DNA of 64,000 nucleotides from Eledone cirrhosa. Taxonomy: Eukaryota. Under the pieces are notes generated by a model, which saw nothing but the letters and a program-made list of their open reading frames with translations, did not search any database and was not told where the DNA came from. Location of the stretch: assembly GCA_964016885.1 (NCBI GenBank), contig OZ024740.1:327856001-327920000 (forward strand). Direction: 5' to 3'. Positions 37,672 to 50,296 of the stretch are shown here, one piece after another (position 1 is the stretch's first letter; each line of letters opens with the position of its first letter). Position numbers and translations under genes: made by a program.

Positions 37672-37775
37672 TATACAGGCACAAGCTAGCCATTGAGTAT
37701 AGTAACCATAGTGTAGCAAAAACTCTTTAATAATTACAAATATGAAGGCAGTGTAGGAAAGAAATAGTTGTTTAA

Positions 37776-37967
37776 CCCTTTAGAATTTAAACCGGCCGTG
37801 TCTAGCCCAAATTCTCTCACCGTTTTCTATTCAAATCTGGCGACTAATACCGACGTTAAGGTATTCTCAAAATAAATATCAAAATCACAGATTCGATATT
37901 ATGTGAGGTAAAGCCTTTACTGTGAAAATATAATAGTAAAATATAGAGTAATGTAAATGCTAAAGGG
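37776..37967. mobile_element. piggyBac-type MITE
   Basis: TTAA-CCCTTTAGAATTT...AAATGCTAAAGGG-TTAG. Confidence 0.82.
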
Positions 37968-38635
37968 TTAGATCTTGAGCAGAAATTGCTTGTTAATTTG
38001 ATTGATGGTCTATGTGACCGTTCGTTGTTAAGTTATCAATAGCTGAATACATGGAAGAGTTAGATGCAAAGTTCCTGACATGGAAGAAAAATCTATAACC
38101 AAAAGCCCTAAAAATAAAGTTTTAATAAATAGGAAATTAAACAGGACTATGATAGTCAGGCTGTGATTTATATATCAGGGGTGAGCAAAAATTCCATCGG
38201 GTATACTGTGTAATCTATGGACACAAGAGATTTTGGATTACAAGTAGATTAAATGGAAGGAGTGTTTAAGGACTCTGCCTCCATGACCCTCTCAGGAATA
38301 AGTGGACGAAGAAGAAAAGAAAATTCACAACTTTGCTATATCTGTAGTTCAATATTCAATCTATTTATTGTTTTTATGGTTCCCTAGGTTATTTTATTGT
38401 TTTAAGGATATCTGTTAAGTAACTTTACTTTATGTAAAAGCAAGCCATTGAAATAATGTTCAACTATAGCAATAATCTTTTCAAATTCTTGTCTACTGCC
38501 CTGCTCATATTTTTCAAAGGTTGCAGAGAGATCACCTGATAAAATAAAAGCTAATAAATTACTAATAGAAGTTTCTTAGAAAAGTAAACAAAAAAAAAAC
38601 TTTTACAAAAGTGAAGACTATATGTTCTACATTAA

Positions 38636-38832
38636 CCCCTTAGCATTTACTATAGTATTTTCGTGGTAAACACATGGTAAAAACATTTTATATATGGAAT
38701 CTACGAGATTTCAATGTTATTTATTTTGTGAATAATACCTTAACATAAGTATGAGTGGCTAGTTATGACAGGTTTGAGCAGAAAGAGGTGAGAGAATTCT
38801 GGCCGGATATGACTAGTTTAAATGCTAAAGGG
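38636..38832. mobile_element. piggyBac-type MITE
   Basis: TTAA-CCCCTTAGCATTT...AAATGCTAAAGGG-TTAA. Confidence 0.85.
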
Positions 38833-39057
38833 TTAATAGTACCCTATTTTTTTTCCAAGTTAACAAATGTTGAATACATCTCACAAATACAAAAGCACCT
38901 AAAACTTAGCAAATAATTAAAATCAAGTCAAGCTCTTCTTATTTGGATGTGTAAATCATGAAGAAAGCTTAGACTCTGTATATCTGCCATATCAGATGTT
39001 ATTTCTTCTATTGATTTCAACAAAGATATTTCAGAGCTGGTTTACACACATATATAT

Positions 39058-40014
39058 ACTAGACATGAAAAATGCGCAAGCTCAAAAGTGCCACAGAATG
39101 TTATAATAAACCTTCAAAAGTGTGGGACTAGAGTTGTTGCTAAAAAATATTGTAATCATTATATATCGTACATTCTGTGGCATCCTTTATAAAAATAGCT
39201 TAAACCAACGAAGCCTTTATTTTTACGCTATTTCACTTAGTTAATTCTTAGAGTGTAACATATAAAAATATCATTTACAACTATAAAATAAATTAATTAA
39301 TATAATAACAGAGCTGCGGAGCTGAAATTTAGGAAATAATGGAGTATCGGATCCTGAGTTGGAGCCAGTCAATTTTTGGCCGACTACGCAGCCCTGTATA
39401 ATACATTTCATATTAAAGTTATTAATAAACCTATTTTACACTTCATGCAAATTACCACGAGATATTGATATTAGATATAAGATACAGCGCAATATCTACA
39501 GCTGTAAAAGTACGAAAGCGAAGTAATAATAAGTGGCTTAAGGTAATTCCAATATGAAAGTTTGTAGTGATAAAAATTTGATAATGCAATACGATTGTTA
39601 ATATTATAGTTCTATGAAAATGTAACAATAGATAACTAAATTATTTTACTATTAGTATATTTAAGAAATTATCATTATAGATTTGATCGTTCATATAAGC
39701 ATCATATTAAGTTTCAACACAATTATTTTGTTACTATGAGTATATGATAATAATATTACGTAATTATTTATAGCTGTTATTACATTAAACATAGATGTAT
39801 TTATTTTTATATGTTACACTCTAAGAATTAACTAAGTGAAATAGCGTAAAAATAAAGGCTTCGTTGGTTTAAGCTATTTTTATAAAGGATGCCACAGAAT
39901 GTACGATATATAATGATTACAATATTTTTTAGCAACAACTCTAGTCCCACACTTTTGAAGGTTTATTATAACATTCTGTGGCACTTTTGAGCTTGCGCAT
40001 TTTTCATGTCTAGT
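39058..40014. repeat. Element with perfect 213-bp inverted arms
   Basis: By eye, 39058-39270 is the exact reverse complement of 39802-40014. Termini ACTAG...CTAGT; 531-bp AT-rich spacer. Confidence 0.92.
39309..39396. mobile_element. hAT-type mini-MITE in the spacer
   Basis: CAGAGCTGCGGAG...CCGACTACGCAGCCCTG with 8-bp TSD TATAATAA / TATAATAC. Confidence 0.75.
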
Positions 40015-41131
40015 TTAATATTTTTTTAAGGCAACGCTTGTAATAACTCTAGTTAAACAGGATATATATTAATAATAAATTATCGTTGTAATGTAATTAG
40101 ATTATGTAATTGTTATTATAAATTATCTTATAAATATTAGTGTAAGATGTATAAAAATATTTTCAGACTTTTAATATAAACAACTACAAAAAACAATCAA
40201 TATTAAATCAATATATTATACATAATAGAAAACATAAAATATACAATACAAAAACAAAATATTTACATACAATTGCAATTATCAGTGTATATACATTTTC
40301 TTTATATTCCCTGAGCAAATTAATAAGATTTGTTTTTATTGTACATAATTTGATGACTTGTTGGAGTGTATTAAAAGATAGCAACAATTTGTGATTAAAT
40401 TGTTATCTTAAGCAACTCACTTTTTAATAGTTGTTGGCTGAGCGAAATTGTAAAAGCCTATGAGCAAATATAAAAAAAAATACACAAACAACATTTCCTT
40501 GTGTTATTACAACATTAGATAAAATAATTGAGCAATGTCGTTATATTTTGCTCTTATTGCACATTAATAGTGTTTCTATTTTTCGGCACAAATCCATTAC
40601 GGCAGTCCATTACTGGTACTTTATTTTATCGAATTAGTAAGTATGAAAGTCGAAGTTAACCTCGGCAGGATTTGAACTTAGAATGCAAAGGACCATAACA
40701 ATACTGCAAAGCATGGTGTCTGACGCTCTACCAATACTTGTGTTGAGCTGGTCATTAATTTATGGTGGTCGTGCGTGGAGTAGAGCAATCGCTAGTTGAA
40801 ATATTATGAACAAAACATTTTTATTTGCCGAAGAACATATTTTCAATACTGTTTGTGAATGTGACGAAGGAAATACATTCTGATATGGAACAGTGTACAA
40901 AGTGTGTCTGTGAATAACATAATGTTACCTCATGTTGTTGTCAAGACATAATGGATTTCGTATATCCAGTTAGAAGATGAAACCTAGCCATCTCGGATTA
41001 GTTATATTTCATGCCATGTGTAAACGTGTTTGAGGATAGCAAAATATGCGCGTTAATTATAATAATTAGTTAATAATATTACAAAATATACCTAATTAAA
41101 CTCTTTGCTTGAAATTTTATCTTTCTTCGTT

Positions 41132-41213
<82 letters not shown>

Positions 41214-42624
41214 TCTAGTCCTTCGCTCAAGATTAATCTATAAGTTTAGATGTTTGCCTTCGTTTAAGTAAATATTACAGTAAGATTTTTAATATAAACA
41301 ACTACAAAAAACAATTAATATTAAAACGAAAAAATTATCAATGATAAAAGAAGCGGATGCAACTTTTTTTTTTATAAAGTTATATTCCTGTTTCTTTAAA
41401 GAACATTTCATTTTTGTTCTATTGTAGGCGAAATAATGCAATGGTTTAATAGGGAAGATATAACTTACGAATTATGTCTCTAACCGTGTAACGCTTTTTA
41501 AGTAGATAACTACAATTGAAAATACTAAAGAAATGGAACCAACAATTCAATTTGAAAGTCGTCTAGTGACAGTGTATTACTGGTACTTTATTTTATCGAC
41601 CCCGTAACGATGAAAGGCAAAAATGCAAATGCTTAAAATTTAAATTGCCTTAATTCTATCGTCTGCTGTTTCATTAAAGGGAGATTATCGTCTGTATTTA
41701 ATTCTATCGTCTACTGTTCCACTAAACAGATATACCTCCACTATCGTCTCTATTTATACATTTTAACTTATAACTTATACACATTTGATTTGAAATATTT
41801 TATCTAGTCCCCCCTCTCAATATTATGATGATTTCTTTCGAATGAAACAGTTCTAGTCCTGTAGAAACCATTTATATATATAATTGAACTGAGTTAAAAA
41901 TTCACAATATTTATAATTAAATAAGCTCATATATATATGTGTGTATTTATCTGTTTATTGTATTATATATAATGTGTGTATATACAGGATGTCCCCCAAA
42001 AATATATACACACTTCAACAGCATTCTAATAACTATTGCCTGTACAGGTAATCAAAGTGTCAATCGAATGTTAGTTTCGTGTTTTAACAGTACAAATTTA
42101 CAATACACACATAAAACCAGTGTATATACATACATGAGTGTGTATACACATACATGAATGTGTATATACAATATATATGTATATATATATATATAGACAC
42201 ATATATTCACGGTGCAACGGTACATTAAAATATAGATGCGGGAGAGGGGGGTGTGTATATATAGGGGCGCTGGGGATAAAGGAGTGTAAAGCGTGTGTAA
42301 TTGATATATTGAAGGAGAGGAGCGTGCAGCGATAGAGTAACAAATATATAGAGAGGGGGAGAGATGGTATTGAAGGGGAGGAGTGCAAAGCGAAAGAATA
42401 GAGACGGAACAGATAGAGAGAAACAGGCGTAAGTAACAGTGGAAGAGATATAGAGAGAGGTACTCTGATTGGTTGAAAATTAGCCAATGACATACGATCA
42501 CCACCACCACGGCTATCCCCGAAAAATTTTTTAAGAAGCTATGCATATATGTTAGAACACGAAAAGTGAACATTCTGTTGTTTCACACTTTTCGTGTTCT
42601 AACAGATATATATATTTACTATAA

Positions 42625-42912
42625 AGGTGCATAGCTTAATGGTTAGTGCATCGGGCTTACAATCATGAGGTTGTGAGTTCAATTTTCGGACTGGGCTTTG
42701 CGTTGTGTTCTTGAGTAAGACACTTTATTTCACGTTGTTCCAGTTGTGTCAGCTGTAGAAATGAGTTACAATGTCACTGGTGCCAAGCTGTATTGGCCTT
42801 GGACAACATTGGTGGCATGGAGAGGGGGAGACTGATATGCATGGACGACTACTGGTCTTCCACAAACAACCTTGCCCGGACTTGTACCTCTGAGGGGAAC
42901 TTTCTAGGTAAT
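42625..42912 (+). mobile_element. tRNA-derived CORE-type SINE
   Basis: tRNA-like head (TAGCTTAATGGTTAG...GTGAGTTCAATT), then TGTGTTCTTGAGTAAGACACTTTATTTCACGTTG...CAGCTGTAGAAATGAGT. Confidence 0.75.
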
Positions 42913-43599
42913 ACTAAATACCTCAAACATTTTGTATGAGGTTCTAACAACTCTGGCAATGTATTGCCTAAGTTGTATTGGACAGGAATTGAACTGGTGG
43001 TTAGGGTAGAAGAATGAAACTAAATACTCTACTTCTACTCCTTCATTGTCTTTTATCAACTTCAATATCACCTGTCAATCTTGGAATCAATAATTTAAAT
43101 ACCAGTAACATACTAGGTTAATTCAATTTACTATATACATTTCTTTACCAGACTTAACATTGTGTCTAGTCTAATGTGACTTGTTATAGAACTCTATCAA
43201 ACATTTCCTGAGAAACTTACTAAAAAATAGTTTAATTTTCATGTTATTCTAAATGTTATGTGTCAAAGTTTCCATCAACATTTAACAAAATGTCAAAATA
43301 TTTAAGAGAAAAATAAAAAGGGATTTCAAGAATTGCTCAATTGAGTAGATCTACCAGAAATATTTTCATTGGACTGTTCATAAGTTCAAATAATGTTTTG
43401 TTTTTCACATAGACGTAAAACCTGTTATTGTTTGCTTAACTGTGTACAGTACGGTTTATTCAAGAGACCTTGAATAGTTTCACTACTACTTGTTCAATCA
43501 TCATCATCTTTTAACATCCATCTTCCATGCCTGCATGGGTTAGATGAGTTATGTTATGAGGCTAATCAGATCTGGTGACCCATGTTTTTTCCTATTACA

Positions 43600-43810
43600 C
43601 TACAGCATGTACTGGGAGCTTTTCTTGACATACCACCACTAATACTTTACAGGGTGGACTGAGTGTTTTTCTCATGGTACCAACACTACCACTTCACAGG
43701 CTGGACCAAATGCTTCTTGTTGCAGTACCAGTATGACCACTTCACAGGGTGGGCTTCTTTTTTGTTGTGATACCAGTGCAACAACCTTAGAGTGGACTGG
43801 GTGTTTTTGT
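43600..43810. repeat. Degenerate ~45-50 bp tandem repeat inside an RTE-tailed element (similar at ~18040-18170)
   Basis: Recurring ACCACTTCACAGGGTGGACTG.GTG.TTTT units. Confidence 0.6.
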
Positions 43811-44930
43811 CATAGCTCTAACTCTGTGGAGACTGTCCTCTCCATGTTTGTTTCATCCTGTAAATGTGGCATACTGACAGAGAACTTTATTTTGCATTAT
43901 CCCCTTTGAGCGATTTAACTGTGTGAGGTCAGTTTTAACCACAACAGCCAAAGATTTCCTAGATCTTCCTCTTCCATAATATCCAACAACTTTGAGCATC
44001 CTGCACTTTTTTATGCTGCTGAGTCAACTTTGCCTTTTATCCTTCTCTCACGGTCGATAAAATAAATTACCTGTCAAGTTTTGGGGTCTATGTAATCAAC
44101 TTCTTCCTTCCCACAGATTGCTGGTCTTTTGCCTAAATTAGAAATGATTATTGATATTAGTAGTAGTAGTAATAAAGCCCTGTGTGGCTAACAAAAATAA
44201 ATAAACTATTATTTGTAGTTGTAAGAGTAGAGGATTGGCAGAATCGGTAGTGTCAGACGAAATATTTTGCAGTATTGAGTTACAGCTTTTTTTATGTTCA
44301 AAGTTCAAACCCAATGTGGTTGATAAAATTAAGTACCAAGTACTGAGGTTGATATAATTGACTTTGCTCTTCTTCCCCCAAAACTGCTGGCCTTGTGCCT
44401 AAATTAGAAACCTAATTTATTAGTAGTAGTAGTACGGCAATGTATTAGCAGAATAGTTAAAGCATCAGACAAAATTGTAGCATTTAGTTAAGGCCCTTTA
44501 TGTTCTGACGTCAATTCATGCTGAGTTTAACTTTGCCTTTCATTTCCAGGGTCAATAAAATAAAGTGGCGGATTTAACTGTTCACAACTGTATCGTTTTA
44601 TAACTATACTGCCTCAGTGTGAGTGCGTGTCTATGAAACATATACACCAGGTCTGAATACAAAGGAACCAAAGTCTCAATCAATACAGTATGATAGACTT
44701 TTCCCTACCCCATAATTACTGACCTTGTGCCTATGATAAAACAATTATTAATAATATTAAGTATAAAGTTAGCAAGTGACAGATGCCTTTTCATTTTCTT
44801 CTGCTTGTATTCTTGGTTCAAATCCAGGAAGTTGTTAAGTTCTTCTGCCAGGGGAAGTGTTGATTCTTCCCCTTTGGCTAAAAGTGAAGCTAGGTTAGAA
44901 AAGTAGGGCTAGTGATTGGGCTTGAGGCAA

Positions 44931-44961
<31 letters not shown>

Positions 44962-45304
44962 AACGTGTCGCTCTTCAGCAAGTATTAATTATGACATTCA
45001 TCCTTTTAAGGTCAGTGAAATAATTGCCAGTCTTGTAACTAGTTGTAATTCTTTAGGCTATACCTGTTCCGTACAAATTTGTGGCCAATGTATGAAATCA
45101 TTAAATCACTGGACAAAATGCTTTGCAACATTTAGTTATGGCTCTTTATGTTCTGAGTTCAAATCTCACTGAAGTCAACATTCCCTTTCATACTTCTGAG
45201 GTTGATAAAATAAAGTACCAATCTAGTACTGTGGTTCATTTGACTGACATTCCCCTCTTCACAATTGCTGGCCATGTGCCTAAATTAGAAATCTTTATTT
45301 GACA

Positions 45305-45485
45305 TGGATTGGCAGTATTGGTAGAAGGTCGGACGCCATGCTTTGCAGCAAAGAGTTACGTCCCTTTATGGTCAGTTCAAATCCCGCCGAGGTTAACTTT
45401 GCCTTTCATCCTTACGGGGTCGATAAAATAAAGTACCAGTAATACACTGGGATAATTGCTGGCCTTGTGCTAAAAGTAGAAACAA
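45305..45485 (+). mobile_element. Young full-length SINE with TSD; further copies at ~46570-46745 and 52530-52700
   Basis: Flanked by TTATTTGACA (45295-45304, 45486-45495). Confidence 0.85.
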
Positions 45486-46261
45486 TTATTTGACAGTAAT
45501 ATTGTCTATTATGACTACCTGTTGATCTATCAGCCAACAAACAAGCCTCTTGATTGGCTAACAATACCAGCCAAATCTCCTAACCATTTAAACAAAGTAA
45601 GGATACATGGGAAAATGTATTTCTAGATACATGAAAAGATTTGATTGTCTTGTCTTCACTATAAAAACTTCTGTGAACATAGGCTTGCTTGAAAAGGGTT
45701 CATTTGGGACTAAAAAACAAACCACACTAGAATCACAAATGTATTTCTACTTTTGTTGAGAACACAATGAGAATAATTTAAAGATCCGTGACACCATCTT
45801 ATGATACATGTTGAACTTAAAGAACTTAAACTTTATCTATATACCTTCATCATCATCTTATATATCCTATTTCAATCATCTAATCTTATTACTTATGTTC
45901 ACTTAGAGATAAATATATTTATTTTTTTTGTTTCAAGCATTCTGCATGTGATAAACAATATCACTTACTTGACCTTTTCAGATCAGTGTTATCTATCAAA
46001 ACTTGATTAACTTTATTACTTTCATAGCAGAAGGAGAAGGAAACTTTGATTTTTATGTTTTTCTGAAATGCTAAATTCTATTCAAGGAAAATGTACATTT
46101 GGTAAGAAGTTCTGTGCTTGTTTGCTGACAAACACTGTTAATTTGTATGAGAGGCAGTGTGGAAAGGGAAGACAGAAAGCAGTTGGTTCATATGAAAAAT
46201 GTAAAGGACCTAACTTCACACACAGTCACATGACACATACACAAAGCCTTTTAACAATATA

Positions 46262-46470
46262 CAGGGTGTATCATAAATGCTATATTTCAAAAGGCTATAT
46301 ATTTTAAACAAATGACCATATAATCATGCGGTAACTTGTAGAATACATGCCTGATAATAAAGTTTTATGAATTTAAAAAAAACTTTTATAAATTTTTATA
46401 ATGTTATTTACATATTGAGCATTTGTAAAAATTGTAAATAAAATCGGATGATTCATTTTGATACAGCCTG
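46262..46470. mobile_element. Tc1-type MITE
   Basis: TA-CAGGGTGTATCATAAATG...CATTTTGATACAGCCTG-TA. Confidence 0.75.
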
Positions 46471-47167
46471 TATATATATATGAATACTTACAAAGTTAAA
46501 CTCATATAAACAGGAGTTACTCCCCTTGACTAACCATAGAATACTAAGCTTAATTACTCCCCGCCACCCGCAGTATCGGTAGAGGGTTGGACGCCATGCT
46601 TTGACGCATAGAGTTACGGCCCTTGCAATTCTGAGTTCAAATCCCGCCGAGGTTAACTTTGCCTTTCATCCTTATGGGGTCGATAAAATAAAGTACCAGT
46701 AATGTACTGGATAATTGCTGGCCTTGTGCCAAAAGTAGAAACAATTAATCTTAGGAGATCTCATACAAAGTAATGTCAGTCATCATATCTACTTGCCTGA
46801 TGAAAAAAAAAGTACAAAGAAGACAATAATAAAATTTTATGGCTAATACAGTGGCATGCTTCGAAACCTAAGGTAGAAATCAACTGTGTAGACCAAACAT
46901 TAATATGTATATATATGTGTGTGTGTATGCATATATATCCATATGTGGTTGACGGCTGAGAGAAAAGAATACTCAATACCGAAGTAGACTTGAATTATTC
47001 ATTTTATTAAGGCTAAATAATGGTTTCTTTATTTAATAATAATGGTGAGTCTTGTTATTGTGGAGTTTCACCAGAATAACAAGGCTCACTATTTAGACTT
47101 AATAAAATGAATATATATTTATATATATATTGAGTACCTTACTTACTGTGGTCACCCCCGATTGAAC

Positions 47168-47193
47168 CTGGGATACACACACACACACGCACA

Positions 47194-47225
<32 letters not shown>

Positions 47226-48343
47226 GATAGATACACATGTATACATATATACATATATATCAACATCATCATTTCTATGTCCATTTTTTCCATGCTTGCA
47301 TGGGTTGGACTTGTCAGTACAGCATCTCCCTTTGTCATCACCTCTGTGAGTTTCCTGGCTTTATTTCACCCAGCAATCATTGTTCATGCACATCACATGT
47401 CCATACTAATGCAGTCTTCTCCCCTGCACACCACCTCAAATTCCTCTTAAACCCAGCTTCTCCCTCAACTCATCCACTTTCTTGCACATCCAACAAACCA
47501 TGGTTGCTTCATTTCTCTTCAGTATACACGTCTTCTGCAGTCACAGCCTATGTTTCACTACCATGCAGCATCACACTTATACACAGGCATCATACAGCTG
47601 CCCTTTCATATGTAGGGAGAATCGTTTTGTTGTGAACAGTGGGGGTAGCCCTCTCAACCTTTTCCATCCTATCTTTATCTTAGCTATTATGCTCTCAGAG
47701 CACCCTCCTCATATGAGTATTTTGTGTATCTAGAAATATATGGTATGTTTATTGATAAACATTTTGGAAGACTTCAGCTATGAATTTGAAAACTGATGAC
47801 GTAGCGCCATCTAGCGGATTCCAGCAGAAGAAAGGGTGGGAAACTGTCAGTGATGAACATTGTTTCTGTCTCTGAAATAACGATATATATATGAATGTAT
47901 GTATAGTATATTTGATAATATACTGTATGTTTAATTAAAAACATTTTGAATACCATTCGCTATGAATTTTCAAGTAGTGAATGGTCTTCAAAATGTTTTA
48001 AATTAAACATACTGTATACTAATACCGAATTTTTGCTGGACTGGCAACTGCTCTGTTTAATCAGCTCTTAAACATTACTGAAATTCTATAAGAATCCAGC
48101 TTCTATAATTCTCAGCAAAAGTGAAGGAGTAAGTAGTCTTGATAACCGCTAATGAGCGAGAAACAGGACTGTCAGTTACTCCCCTTTGTTTTTGCCGAGA
48201 ATAAGTGACATAGTGACTACTTTAAAATTCATAGCGAACTGTCTTCAAAAGGTTTTTAATTAAACATACAGTATATTATCAAATATACTGTACATACATT
48301 TGTATATACATCACTATTTCAGAGCACCAATAACCAATACTAA

Positions 48344-48382
<39 letters not shown>

Positions 48383-48730
48383 TCATCATCATCATCATAC
48401 ATCCGCTTTTCCTTGCTCTGCAAGGGTGGGACAAATATATATATAATATATAGATTTGTTTGTATTTGTTTATACATATGTAGTCTAACCATGCTAGCAA
48501 GGAAGTTAAATAATGATGATGTATATTTATAAGTATGACTCAAATTATATTGTGCAATTTTTGCTAGATGCGAAAACATATTACGTGATAATAATGTTAT
48601 AATGAAACTCATAAAAAGTGTGCTTGATGTACAATAAATGTAATAGCTATAAGGTTAATGTCCTGAAATTGTCAACATGGTTATAAATTAAAAACTGGGA
48701 CACACACACACACACGCACATATGTGTGTG

Positions 48731-48770
<40 letters not shown>

Positions 48771-49882
48771 TACACATGTATACATATATACATATATATC
48801 AACATCATCATTTCTATGTCCATTTTTTCCATGCTTGCATGGGTTGGACTTGTCAGTACAGCATCTCCCTTTGTCATCACCTCTGTGAGTTTCCTGGCTT
48901 TATTTCACCCAGCAATCATTGTTCATGCACATCACATGTCCATACTAATGCAGTCTTCTCCCCTGCACACCACCTCAAATTCCTCTTAAACCCAGCTTCT
49001 CCCTCAACTCATCCACTTTCTTGCACATCCAACAAACCATGGTTGCTTCATTTCTCTTCAGTATACACGTCTTCTGCAGTCACAGCCTATGTTTCTCTAC
49101 CATGCAGCATCACACTTATACACAGGCATCATACAGCTGCCCTTTCATATGTAGGGAGAATCGTTTTGTTGTGAACAGTGGGGGTAGCCCTCTCAACCTT
49201 TTCCATCCTATCTTTATCTTAGCTATTATGCTCTCAGAGCACCCTCCTCATATGAGTATTTTGTGTATCTAGAAATATATGGTATGTTTATTGATAAACA
49301 TTTTGGAAGACTTCAGCTATGAATTTGAAAACTGATGACGTAGCGCCATCTAGCGGATTCCAGCAGAAGAAAGGGTGGGAAACTGTCAGTGATGAACATT
49401 GTTTCTGTCTCTGAAATAACGATATATATATGAATGTATGTATAGTATATTTGATAATATACTGTATGTTTAATTAAAAACATTTTGAATACCATTCGCT
49501 ATGAATTTTCAAGTAGTGAATGGTCTTCAAAATGTTTTAAATTAAACATACTGTATACTAATACCGAATTTTTGCTGGACTGGCAACTGCTCTGTTTAAT
49601 CAGCTCTTAAACATTACTGAAATTCTATAAGAATCCAGCTTCTATAATTCTCGGCAAAAGTGAAGGAGTAAGTAGTCTTGATAACCGCTAATGAGCGAGA
49701 AACAGGACTGTCAGTTACTCCCCTTTGTTTTTGCCGAGAATAAGTGACATAGTGACTACTTTAAAATTCATAGCGAACTGTCTTCAAAAGGTTTTTAATT
49801 AAACATACAGTATATTATCAAATATACTGTACATACATTTGTATATACATCACTATTTCAGAGCACCAATAACCAATACTAA

Positions 49883-49913
<31 letters not shown>

Positions 49914-50252
49914 CATCATCATCATCATACATCCGCTTTTCCTTGCTCTGCAAGGGTGGGACAAATATATATATAATATATAGATTTGTTTGTATTTGTT
50001 TATACATATGTAGTCTAACCATGCTAGCAAGGAAGTTAAATAATGATGATGTATATTTATAAGTATGACTCAAATTATATTGTGCAATTTTTGCTAGATG
50101 CGAAAACATATTACGTGATAATAATGTTATAATGAAACTCATAAAAAGTGTGCTTGATGTACAATAAATGTAATAGCTATAAGGTTAATGTCCTGAAATT
50201 GTCAACATGGTTATAAATTAAAAACTGGGACACACACACACACACGCACATA

Positions 50253-50296
<44 letters not shown>

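Noticed and set aside
42625-42700. tRNA gene candidates (also SINE heads at 7620, 20633, 45305)
   Set aside because: A/B-box-like motifs run into SINE cores and tails, with no intact cloverleaf.
47794-47835. CTGATGA in each triplication unit
   Set aside because: No properly placed stem II, GAAA and stem III follow it.
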